Source of the DNA: Mobula hypostoma
Taxonomy: Eukaryota
Length of the DNA stretch: 64,000 nucleotides
Assembly (NCBI RefSeq): GCF_963921235.1
Contig: NC_086097.1
Span: forward strand, 256,248,001 to 256,312,000
Direction of reading: 5' to 3'
Shown here in pieces: positions 21,981-33,116 of the stretch; positions within the stretch are counted from its first letter, which is position 1; the number at the start of each line of letters is the position of its first letter. The notes under the pieces were generated by a model. It saw nothing but the letters and a program-made list of their open reading frames with translations, had not been told where the DNA came from and searched no databases. The position numbers were made by a program, and so were the translations under genes.

Positions 21981-22312
21981 TAAGAAAGAGAAGGTGTTAG
22001 AGGACTGCGGTAGTTATAAAGGACTTACTCATTAACAGAGCAGACAAAAGATTATGTGGACAAGAATGAGACTCCAGATGATATGTTGCTTCCTAAATGC
22101 CAGGGTAAGAGATGTCTTGAATCAAGCCAAAATTTGTGGTCTACATCAGTACACCGGACAGGCAGGAAGGGTAATGAGATCCAGCAGAGTGAGCTCAGGG
22201 AGTTACAGGATACATGATCTCCCATGCAAAGTCATGCTGACTATCCTATATCAACACACGACTGGGCGCCACATAGGCATACTGCTTGGCATGATGCTAT
22301 TACAATTTGGGA

Positions 22313-22658
22313 TCATAAGACCATAAGATATAGCAGCAGAATTTGGTCCATCGAGTCTGCTCCACTATTTTATCATGGCTGATCAAATTTTCTTCTCAGC
22401 CCCATAATCCTGCCTTCTCCCCATATCCCTTAATGCTGTGAACAATCAAAAATTTATCAACTTCTGCCTTTGATATACGTAAAGACCATAAAACCATAAG
22501 ATGCCACAATTGCCTGTGGCAAAGAATTCCATAGATTCACCACTCTCTGGTTAAGAAATACCTCCTCATCTCTGTTCTGAAAGGATGCCCCTCTATTCTA
22601 AAGTTCTATCCTCTACTCTTAGACTCTCCACATTTACTTTATCAAGTCCTTTCAGTAT
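22313..22658 (-). mobile_element. Old CR1 3' end fragments (TCTTATGG-type tail, family E-like)
   Basis: cataagaccataaga tail on the plus strand followed by RT C-terminal antisense sequence. Confidence 0.7.
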
Positions 22659-23845
22659 TCAATACTTTTCAATCTTCCCACCTTTATCTTTAATCGGTCC
22701 TACCTTCACTCGTGTCATCCTTTTTTTCTTCACATAATTGAAGAATGCCTTGGGGTTTTCCTTTACCCTACTCGCCAAGGCCTTCTCATGCCCCCTTCTT
22801 GCTCTTCTCAGCCCCTTCTTAAGCTCCTTTCTTGCTCCCCTATATTCCTCAATAGACCCATCTGATCCTTGCTTCCTAAACCTCATGTATGCTGCCTTCT
22901 TCCACCTGACTAGATTTTCCACCTCACTTGTCACCCATGGTTCCTTCACCCTACCATTCTTTATCTTCCTCATCGGGACAAATTTATCCCTAACATCCCG
23001 CAAGAGATCTCTAAACATCGACCACATGTCCATAGTACATTTCCCTGCAAAAGCATCATCCCAATTCACACCCGCAAGTTCTAGCCTTATAGCCTCATAA
23101 TTTTCCCTTCCCCAATTAAAAATTTTCCTGTCCTCTCTGATTCTATCCTTTTCCATGATAATGCTAAAGGCCAGGGAGCAGTGGTCACTGTCCCCCAGAT
23201 GCTCACCCACTGAGAGATCGGTGACCTGACCCGGTTCATTACCTAGTACTAGATCTAGTATGGCATTCCCCCTGGTCGGCCTGTCCACATACTGTGACAG
23301 GAATCCATCCTGGACACACTTAACAAACTCTGCCCCATCTAAACCCTTGGAACTAATCAGGTGCCAATCAATATTAGGGAAGTTAAAGTCACTCATGATA
23401 ACAACCCTGTTATTTTTGCACCTTTCCAAAATCTGCCTCCCAATCTGCTCCTCTAATCTCTGCTGCTACCAGGGGGCTATAGATTACCCCCAATAGAGTA
23501 ACTGCTCCCTTCCTGTTCCTGACTTCCACCCATATTGACTCAAAAGAGGATACTGCTACATTACCCACCCTCTCTGTAGCTGTAATAGTATCCCTGACCA
23601 GTAATGCCACCCCTCCTCCCCTTTTTCCGCCCTCTCTATCCCTTTTAAAGCACTGAAATCCAGGAATATTGAGAATCCATTCCTGCCCTGGTGCCAGCCA
23701 AGTCTCTGTAATGGCCACTACATCATAATTCCATGTATGTATCCAAGTTCTCAGTTCATCACCTTTGTTCCTGATGCTTCTTGCATTGAGGTACAACATT
23801 TCAGCCCTTCTACCTTACTGTCTTTACACCGTTTATTCTGCGGCT
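22659..23845 (-). mobile_element. CR1 family A, APE-linker fragment
   Basis: ORFs 23410-23799 and 22659-23429; near-identical to 37550-38710 and antisense to 58578-59230. Confidence 0.93.
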
Positions 23846-24330
23846 TTTTCCACAAAGCCTCTCTGTAACACCTTCCCTCCTCTCCCCTAACTCACTGGGG
23901 GAAGGGCCAGGAGCCTCTTCTTCCGGCACCGGGGAGTCAGCGAATGAAAACAGGTGCCACACGTCCGAATCATCATCTTCCGATGACGTATCCCCTTTCG
24001 GGGTGGGGTCCGGCCCCGTTTCTCTCGCAGCAGGATCTTCCCTCGCCCCGCGCCCTCGCAGAGTCCTCGTACTAGCCATAAATTCCCATTTGGGCTCTCG
24101 GTCTACCTGCACCTCTTGACCCAGAGGCAACAGGTGGTTCCGATGGAGTACCTTGACAGACCCCTTCCCATCCTCGGATCTCACCGGTAAACAGGGAGAT
24201 TCGGCATCTGGCTCTTCACCACATAGGGCGTGGCTGCCCAACGATCCACCAACTTGTGCTCAGGTGGAGAAGGCGAAGTACGCCTCCGTGCTCCTACTAC
24301 TGAAAGAGTGGCCTCGGTTGAAGCTGAAGA
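23846..24330 (-). mobile_element. Gypsy integrase C-terminal fragment (second Gypsy family)
   Basis: Minus translation ...KGSVKVLHRNHLLPLGQEV followed by an acidic low-complexity tail, typical of the Gypsy IN C-terminus. Confidence 0.75.
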
Positions 24331-24497
24331 ACCAAGCCTTGGCCAACAGGATTAAGGAAAACCCCAAGGCATTCTATAAGTATGTGAAGATAAGATGTGA
24401 GAGAATAGGATCAATCAAGTGTGACAGTGGAAAACTGTGTGTGGAACTGGAGGAGATAGCAGAGGTACTTAATGAATACTTTGCTTCAGTATTCACT

Positions 24498-24730
24498 ATT
24501 CAGTATTTGAGAGACTTTGAACTTTTTACTGTGCTCATGGACTGTTCTTCATCAAGTTATGGTATTGTTGCACTGTTGTAACTGTATCTTATAATTATGT
24601 GATTTTGTAAGTTTTTTCAGTCTTGGTCTGTCCTGTTTTGTGATATCACACCAGATGAAATATTGTATCATTTCTTAATGCATGCATTACTAAATGACAA
24701 TAAAAGAGGACTGCGTGTCTTCATAATCTA
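24498..24730 (+). mobile_element. 5'-truncated copy of the non-coding element at 54934-55606
   Basis: Shares ggtattg..gcactgttgtaact, gtgatatca, taaatgacaataaa.gaggact..gtgtc.tcataatct with 55380-55606. Confidence 0.8.
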
Positions 24731-24844
24731 AAAAAGGATCTTGGCGATTGTAGGGAAACTTACAGTGGTCTGAAAAGCATGAGCATGTAGATATTAAGAA
24801 AGATGATGTGCTGGAGCTTTTGGAAAGCAATAAGTTGGATAAGT

Positions 24845-25052
24845 AACACATATCAAAGTTGCTGGTGAACGCAGCAGGCCAGGCAGCATCTCTAGGAAGA
24901 GGTACAGTCGATGTTTCAGGCCGAGACCCCTCAAGGCCTGAAACGTCAACTGTACCTCTTCCTTGAGATGCTGCCTGGCCTGCTGCGTTCACCAGCAACT
25001 TTGATGTGTGTTGCTTCAATTTCCAGCATCTGCAGAATTCCTCATGTTTGCA
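24845..25052 (+). mobile_element. Penelope-derived fold-back mini-insertion
   Basis: 78-bp inverted arms (24845-24922 / 24935-25012, 4 mismatches); Penelope 3' end; perfect 13-bp TSD aagttggataagt (24832-24844 / 25053-25065). Confidence 0.88.
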
Positions 25053-26632
25053 AAGTTGGATAAGTCACCGGGACTGGAGAGGTACCCCAGGCTACTGTGG
25101 GAGGCATAAGAGGAGATTGCTGAGCCTCTGGCGATGATCTTAGCATCATCAATGGGGACGGGAGAGGTTCCAGAGGATTGGAGGGTTGCAGATGTTGTTC
25201 CCTTATACAAGAAAAGGAGTAGAGATAGCCCAGGAGATTATAGACCAGTGAATCTTACTTCAGTGGTTGGTAAGTTGATGGAGAAGATCCTGAGAGGCAA
25301 GATTAATGAACATTTGGAGAGGCATAATATGATTAGGAATAGTCAGCATGGCTTTGTCAAAGGCAGGTTGTGCCTCATGAGCCTGATTGAATTTTTTGAG
25401 GATGTGACTAATCACGTAGATGAAGGGAGAGCAGTAGATGTAGTGTATATGGATTTCAGCAAGGCATTTGATAAGGAACCAAATGCAAGGCTTATTGAGA
25501 AAGTAAGGAGGCATGGTATCCAAGAGGACATTGCTTTGTGGATCCAGAACTGGCTTGCCCACAGAAGGCAAGGAGTGGTTGTAGATGGGTCATATTCTGC
25601 ATGGAGGTCGGTGACCAGTGGTGTGCCTCAGGCATCTGTTCTGGGACCCCTACTCTTCGTGATTTTTATAAATGACCTGGATAAGGAAGTGGAGGGTGGG
25701 TTAGTAAATTTGCTGATGATACAAAGGTTGCGGGTGTTGTGGATAGTGTGGAGGGCTGTCAGAGGTTACAGTGGGACATTGATAGGATGCAAAACTGGGC
25801 TGAGAAGTGACAGATGGAGTTCAACCCAGATAAGTGTGAGGTGGTTCATTTTGGTAGATCAAATATGATGGCAGAATATAGTATTAATGGTAAGACTCTT
25901 GGGAGTGTGGAGGATCAGAGGGATCTTGGGAGTCCAAATCCATAGGACACTCAAACCTGCTGCGCAGGTTGACTCTGTGATTAAGAAAGCATATGGTGGA
26001 TTGGCCTTCATCAATCATGGGATTGAGTTTAGGAGCCGAGAGGTAATGTCGCAGGAACATAGGACCCTGGTCAGACCCCACTTGGAGTACTGTGCTCAGT
26101 TCTGGTCGCCTCACTACAGGAAGGATGTGGAAACCATAGGAAGGGTGCAGAGGAGATTTACAAGGATGTTGCCTGGAATGGGGAGCATACCTTAAGATAA
26201 TAGGTTGAGTGAACTCGGCCTTTTCTCCTTAGAGCCGAGTTCTAAGGATCTTGGAGGATGAGAGGTGACCTGATAGAGGTGTATAAGATGATGAGAGGCA
26301 TCGATCATGTGGATAGTCAGAGGCTTTTTCCCAAGTCTGAAATGGCTAGCATAAGAGGGCATAGTTTTAAGGTGCTTGGAAGTAGGTACAGAGGAGATGA
26401 CGGGGTAAGTATTTTTTAAACGCAGAGTGGTGAGTGCATGGAATGGGCTGCTGGTGACAGTGATGGAGACAGATACGATAGGGTCTTTTAAGAGACTCCT
26501 GGATAGGGACATGGAGCTTAGGAAAATAGAGGGCTATAGGCAACCCTAGGTAATTTCTAAAGTAAGGACATATTCGGCACAGCTTTGTGGGCTGAAGGGC
26601 CTGTATTATGCTGTAGGTTTTCTATGTTTCTA

Positions 26633-26725
26633 GATTCTCCGTCGGAACCACCTGCTGCCCCTGGGACAAGAGGTGCAGGTAGACCCACAGCCTGACTTGG
26701 AGCCTACACCTAGTAAAAGGACTCT
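26633..26725 (+). mobile_element. Short Gypsy IN C-terminal fragment related to 23846-24330
   Basis: Translates ILRRNHLLPLGQEVQVDPQPDLEPTPSKRTL. Confidence 0.75.
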
Positions 26726-29720
26726 GAAGAAACTTTTGGTATCTTGTTTAATATTACTGGCTAGCTTACTTTTGTATTGCATCGTTACCTTCTTAATGAC
26801 TTTTTAGTTACTTTCTGTTTGTTTTTAAAAGCTTCCAAATCCTCTAACTTCCCATTAATTTTTTCTCTACTGTACGCCCTCTCTTTGACTTTGACCTCTT
26901 GTTAGCCACAGTTGTATCTTCTTTCCTTTACAATACTTCTTCCTCTTTGGGATGTATACATCTTGTGCTTTCCAAATTGCATCCAGAAGTTCCAGCTATT
27001 ACTGCTCTGCTGTCACCCCTTCTGCTCTTCTCCAATCAATTCTGGCCAACTCCTCTCTCATGCCTTTGTAATTCCCTTTACTCTACTGTAATACTGATAC
27101 ATCTGACTTCAGCTTCTCCTTCGCAAATTTCAGGGTGAATTTGATCATAGTATAATTACTTGCCCCTCAGGGTTATTTTGCCTTAAGCTCTTGAATGAAT
27201 TCTGATATATTGCACAACACCCAATCCAGAATAGTGAGCTCAACCACAAGCTGCTCTAAAAAGCCGTCTCATAAGCATTATAGAAGTTTCCCCCTTCTGG
27301 AATCCATCACCAACCTGATTTTCCCAATCTACCTGCATACTTAAGACCCCCCCCCCCCAATGACTATTGTAACATTGCCCATTTGGCATGCATTTTCTAT
27401 CTCCCATTGTAATTTGTAGGCCACATCCTTACTACTGTTTTGGGGTCTGTATACAACTCCCATCTGGGCCTTTTTACCCTTGCAGTTCCTTTGATCTATC
27501 CAGAATGATTCTACACCTTCCAACCCTATGTCACCTCTCTATATTGATTTTACTTCATTTTTTACCAATAGAGCAACAACACCCCCTCTGTCTTCATCCC
27601 TATCCTTTCGATATAATGTGTATCCTTGGATATTAAGCTCCCAGCTATACTCTCCTTCTTGTTTTATGGCGGTTGGTACCCAGCTTAATGGTGCATTACC
27701 GCCATCTTCTGCTCCAGAGTGTACGATAGACTTACATTCTAAATCCCTTCACCCAATCACACACACACACATACCCTAACCTACACTTTATCCTCCCATT
27801 TCTGACCATCCGAGTACCCTATTCCTGCTTATCCATCATATCCTATAAAAAACCCCTGTATCTCTTAAGAAAGCTAAAAGTACCCTGACCTGTGCACTCT
27901 CACCCATACCCAGCAACCCTTTTAATGTGAATTCCTGCACCCCCAACTCCCTTAGCTTAATTCTCATCATCTCTCTGTATCCCATACTTCCTGCAACTTA
28001 GAACTACATGTTCTACTGACTCCTCTTCCTGACATTCCTCACACAATCCTGTCTGGTGTTTCCCTATCATTTTCAATGTTTTGTTTAATGCACAGTGCCC
28101 CCGCCTTAACCTAGTCCACAGTTTCCTCTCTTCTGTATCCACTACCTACCCTAGTACCTGCAACACTCTTTTGTATTTGATATAAATGCCTCCCTTTCCC
28201 CTCCCTGTCCCATCTTTCTTGCCACATCTGGTTGATTTTTTCCCAGATTACACACTTAACCTTTGCTTTACTGATACTAATGTGCATTTCTATATTTTCT
28301 TTCTTTAACGCCCTCTTTGCCAACTCATCCACCCTCTCATTCCCCTTCACCCCTACATGTGCTGGAACCCATAGAAATTTTACCTGACCTCCCTGATTTG
28401 CAATTCTTGTGACTGACTGAAGGACTTCATAAAATACATCTTGCCGACTGTTAAAGTGAAAAGATCTTAAACTTGCTAGAACTGAGGATGAATCTGAGCA
28501 TATCAACACTTTGACTGTCTAGCTTTCTCCACCCATCGCAACGCAACCAACACTGCCAGCATCTCCACCGTATACACCCCTAACTTATTAGGTGCTCTTC
28601 TATACTCTTTCAGCCATGATTAGTGATGCCTCCAACATCATACCTGCCAATCTTCACACTTTTTGATTTTGTCTGCTTTTTACATTGTAATTCATCCTAT
28701 TGCAATTTTGCCCTATCATCAGCCTCTCATCACTGCACTGCCTCTGTTTGTAAACCAGCTACTGCATCTTTAGCACTACCATCTGCCTTTCCTACAATAC
28801 TCCTTGCATTGAAATATATGCAGCTCAGGGCACTAGCTGGACCATGCTCAACCTTCTGATTCATAACTTTGCCTGAGGTTTTACCAACGTCTGTCTCCAC
28901 ATCCTCTCCACTATCTGTTCCAGCACTCTGGTTCCCATCCCCCTGCAACTCTAGTTTAACCCCACTGGGCAGCATTAACAAATCTTCCCACTAGGATTTT
29001 AGTGCCCCTCCAGTTCAGGTGCAGACTCAGTGCCAGAGAACTGATCACTATGACTTTCCTCTGTTATTTCATCTCCTCCGGCAGTATCCAAAGTAATGCA
29101 CCTGTTGTTGCGGGGGATGGTCACAGGTGTACTCTGCACTTTCCCATTCCTGACTGTCACCCAGTTTCCTACATCCTCACCTTGGGTGTAACTATCTCTC
29201 CACGTGTCCTCTCTATCACCCCTTCAGCCTCCTGAATGACCTGGAGTTCATCCAGTTCCAGCTCCAACTCCTTAACACGCTTTGTTCGAAGCTGCAGTTG
29301 GATGCACTTCTCACAGTTGTAGTGATCAGGGACAGTGGCGATCTCCCTGCCTTCCTACATCCCGTAAGACAAGCATTTCACTATCCTGCCTGACATTTCT
29401 ACTGTCCGAGCTGAGCATATATAAAGGGGAAAAAGGAGCATTTCTTTCATTTGCTTTCCCTGACTGAAGCCTCTCTTCGATGAAGCCTCAAAGAGCTGAA
29501 GTCTCAAGATCGCCACTCTGACTATGTCCATTCTGACGACAGCCGCTGCATTCCTTTAATTTAATCTTACTAATCAATCCCAAACGCCAATTGGTCGCTG
29601 GTCAAAGCACTGCTGCTGCCGCGACCAGCTGCTGCCTTTTTATCCTTGGGCAGTGACCTGATTGTTGTCCCCTCCTCTCCAAACTTCCGATGTCCAGATT
29701 GGTTGCTGGTTAAAGTTACA
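26726..29720 (-). mobile_element. Old CR1 5' half (5' UTR, deleted ORF1, APE, linker), interrupted at 27654-28599; may be a composite of more than one copy
   Basis: ORF 28730-28981 LQGDGNQS..CIYFNARS; ORF 27341-27523 VVYRPQN. Confidence 0.78.
27654..28599 (-). mobile_element. I-group (Nimb/I-like) LINE 3' end with RNase H and C-terminal CCHC finger
   Basis: ICSDSSSVL, FLWVPAHVGVKGNERVDELAK, WQERW, TRLRRGH, CEECQEEESVEHVVLSC; short AAG-rich tail; 9-bp TSD ctatactct (27645-27653 / 28600-28608). Confidence 0.88.
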
Positions 29721-29861
29721 GACAATAACTCCAGAAAAAATCACAAATTACATGCTATTGACTGCTGAAGCTTTAGACAAGTTAGCCTTTTCCCTGTACA
29801 CAGTTTGCAAACCAGCTGTCAAAACAAATCATTAGTTATATTTTCATTAAGGAAAACAGAC

Positions 29862-29947
29862 CTTGGCATCGATCTGGCGGTAGCAGGAAACACCATAAAC
29901 TGTCTTTTCATTCCCACTCCTTGGAGGCAAATGGAAGTAAATTGTAT
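29862..29947 (-). CDS. AVL9: AVL9 internal coding exon, 86 bp (probably exon 3)
   Basis: ttcttctctctccttcag|ATACAATTTAC...GATGCCAAG|gtctgt translates (D)TIYFHLPPRSGNEKTVYGVSCYRQIDAK, continuing the AVL9 sequence in frame. Confidence 0.93.
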
Positions 29948-29964
29948 CTGAAGGAGAGAGAAGA

Positions 29965-30115
29965 ACAATCAGAAAACAGCATGGCACTTCAATAGGTCCT
30001 TCAGCCCACTGCCTACACAGGACCCACAGTCCCTCCATTCCCTGTCTGTTCATGTGCCTATCTAAATGCCTGTGAAATGTTGCTCTCGGATCTGCTACCA
30101 TCACCTCCCCAGTAG
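29965..30115 (-). mobile_element. Very old CR1 3' end abutting the AVL9 exon acceptor
   Basis: ATFHRHLDRHMNRQGMEG (CR1 ORF2 C-terminus), then gggctgaaggacct...tgctgt 3' UTR. Confidence 0.75.
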
Positions 30116-30459
30116 CGCATATATCCAGTCAAGATGATGCCTGCTCCCACTGTCTACATCATCTGGATAGACCTCAAAACTATTTATTACACCTCTTCTA
30201 TATTTTTTACATCTGGCTTTCATCTTGAATGTGTTTCTGGAACGTTGGAGCCTGTGATTTGCAGTTTAGAGATAGTCTGGGTGATCCAGAGCTTTGCAGT
30301 CTCCTAGAGGATTCTGGGAGGCAGCAAGCACGAGTCTTGTGGTGAGGAGGCTGCAGAGGTGGGGGGGGTGAGTCAATGTTTGACTCCCTTTCGCTGATTA
30401 AAGATTCCATTGTTCACTAATTAAAATGATGAGGGAGATTGAAACATCGGGGCAAATGG

Positions 30460-31150
30460 GGAACATAAGAAATAGGAGTAGGGCATGTGGCCTATCGAGC
30501 CTGCTCCACCATTCAATAAGATCTTGGCTGATCTGACCATGGATTCATCTCCACCTTCCTGCCTTTTCCCCCATAACCCTTAATTCCACTACAATGCAAA
30601 AATCTCTTCAATCTTCTCTTAAATATATTTACTGAGGTATCCTCCACTACTTCTTTGGGCAGAGAATTCCACAAATTCATCACTCTTTGGGAAAAACAGT
30701 TCCTCCTCAGCTCCGTCCTAAATTTACTCCCACAAATCTTGAGGCTAGGTCCCTTTTTTCTAGTCTCACCTACCAGTGGAAACAACTTTCCTGCCTCTAT
30801 CTTATCTACTCCTTTCATCATTTTGTATTTCTATAAGATCTCCTCTCATTTTTCGAATTCCAGAGTCCAGTCCCAGGCAACTCAATCTCTCCTCATAATC
30901 CAATCCTCTCATCTCTGGAATTAACCTGCTGTACCTCCTCTGCATTGTCTCCAAAGCCAGTATACCCTTCCTCAAGTAAGGAGAACAGAACTGTATGCAT
31001 TTCTCCAGATGCAGCCTCACCAGAACCCTGTACAGTTGCAGCATAACCTCCCTGCTTTTAATTTCAATCTCTCTAGAAAGGAAGGCTAACATTCCATTTG
31101 CCTTCTTGTTAGCCTGCTGCACCTGCAAACCAACCTTTTGTGATTCATAC
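30460..31150 (-). mobile_element. CR1 3' fragment
   Basis: ORFs 30802-31128 and 30513-30821 (RT C-terminus). Confidence 0.88.
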
Positions 31151-31179
31151 TTGTCGCCAATTTACTATGTCTGTATAAT

Positions 31180-32250
31180 TACATAGAAACATAGAAAACC
31201 TACAGCACAATACAGGCCCTTCGGCCCACAAAGCTGTGCCGAACATGTCCTTACCTTAAAACTACCTAGGCTTACCCATAGCCCTCTATTTTTCTAAGCT
31301 CCAGGTACCTATCCAGGAGTCCCTTAAAAGACCCTATTGTTTCCGCCTCCACCACTGCCGCCAGCAGCCCGCTCCACACACTCACCACTCTCTGCGTAAA
31401 AAACATACCCCTGACATCTCTGTACCTACTTCCAAGCACCTTAAAACTATGCCCTCTCGTTAGCTATTTCAGCCATGGGAAAAAGTCTCTGACCATCCAC
31501 ATGATCAATGCCTTTCATTATCTTGCACACCTCTATCAGGTCACCACTCATCCTCCGTCACTCCAAGGAGAAAAGGCCAAGTTCACCCAACCTATTCTCA
31601 TAAGGCATGCTCTCCAATCTAGGCAACATCTTTGTAAATCTCCTCTGCACCCTTTCTATGATTTCCACATCCTTCCTGTACTGAGGCGACCAGAATTGAG
31701 CACAGTACTCCAAGTGGGGTCTGACCAAGGTCCTACATAGCTGCAACATTACCTCTCTACTCTTAAACTCAATCCCATAGTTGATGAAGGCCAATGCATC
31801 ATATGCCTTCTTAACCACAGAGTCAACTGCCAAGAGCCTTACCATTAATGCTATATTCTGCCATCATCTGGGTTGAAATCCATCTGCCACTTCTCATCCC
31901 AGTTTTGCATCCCACCAATGTCCCGCTGTAACCTCTGAAAGCCCCCCACACTATCCACCCCCAACCTTTGTGATTTTTATTAGTGACCTGGATGAGGAAG
32001 TGGAGGGATGGGTTAGTAAATTTGCTGATTACACAAAGAGTAGGGGTCCCAGAACAGATCCCTGAGGCACACCACTGGTTACCTACCTCCATGCAGAATA
32101 TGACCCATCTACATCCACTGTTTGCCTTCTGTGGACAAGCCAGTTCCGAATCCACAAAGCAATGTCCCCTTGGATCCCATGCCTCCTTACTTTCTCAATA
32201 AGCCTTACATGGGGTTCCTTATCAAAAGCCTTGCTGAAATCCATATACAG
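31180..32250 (-). mobile_element. CR1 family B 3' part with deletions and an internal micro-inversion
   Basis: Tail catagaaacatagaaaacc; ORF 31558-31845. Confidence 0.9.
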
Positions 32251-32334
32251 TACATATCAATTAAAATAAAAGTACACATACAGGATGGCTATAGCTGGTG
32301 TATTTGCATTGCAGGGAGAGAGAGACACCAAAGT

Positions 32335-33072
32335 GCATAGAACATAGAATAGTACAGCACAGTACAGGCCCTTCGGCCCACAATGTTGTGCCAACCCTCA
32401 AACCCTGCCTCCCATATAAGCCCCCACCTTAAATTCCTCCATATACCTGTCTAGTAGTCTCTTAAACTTCACTAGTGTATCTGCCTCCACCATTGACTCA
32501 GGCAGTGCGTTCCACGCACCAACCACTCTCTGAGTAAAAAACCTTCCTCTAATATCCCCCTTGAACTTCCCACCCCTTACCTTAAAGCCATGTCCTCTTG
32601 TATTGAGCAGTGGTGCCCTGGGGAAGAGGCGCTGGCTATCCACTCTATCTATTCCTCTTATTATCTTGTATACCTCTATCATGTCTCCTCTCATCCTCCT
32701 TCTCTCCAAAGAGGAAAGCCCTAGCTCCCTTAATCTCTGATCATAATGCATTATCTCCAAACCAGGCAGCATCCTGGTAAATCTCCTCTGTACCCTTTGC
32801 AAAGCTTCCACATCCTTCCTATGGTGAGGTGACCAGAACTGGACACAGAACTCCAAGTGTGGCCTCACCAGAGTTTTATAGAGCTGCATCATTACATCGC
32901 GACTCTTAAACTCTATCCCTCGACTTATGAAAGCTAACACCCCATAAGCTTTCTTAACTACCCTATCCACCTGTGAGGCAACTTTCAGGGATCTGTGGAC
33001 ATGTACCCCCAGATCCCTCTGCTCCTCCACACTACCAAGTATCCTGCCATTTACTTTGTACTCTGCCTTGGA
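32335..33072 (-). mobile_element. CR1 family A 3' end
   Basis: ORF 32398-33030 ending YMGGRV. Confidence 0.95.
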
Positions 33073-33116
33073 GCATGCGAAGACAACAGATCAATATGCA
33101 TAGGTAAGTTATCAGT

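Larger units (their letters stand above)
24331..26632 (+). mobile_element. CR1 family B (linker, RT, 3' end) with two nested inserts
   Basis: ORFs 25134-25868 and 25887-26195; tail gtaggttttctatgtttcta. Confidence 0.93.

Noticed and set aside
24845..25012. CRISPR repeat, MITE or miRNA gene
   Set aside because: No repeat-spacer array. The palindrome is asymmetric, with a Penelope 3' end and a 13-bp TSD, which points to a retroelement origin. There is no evidence for miRNA processing.
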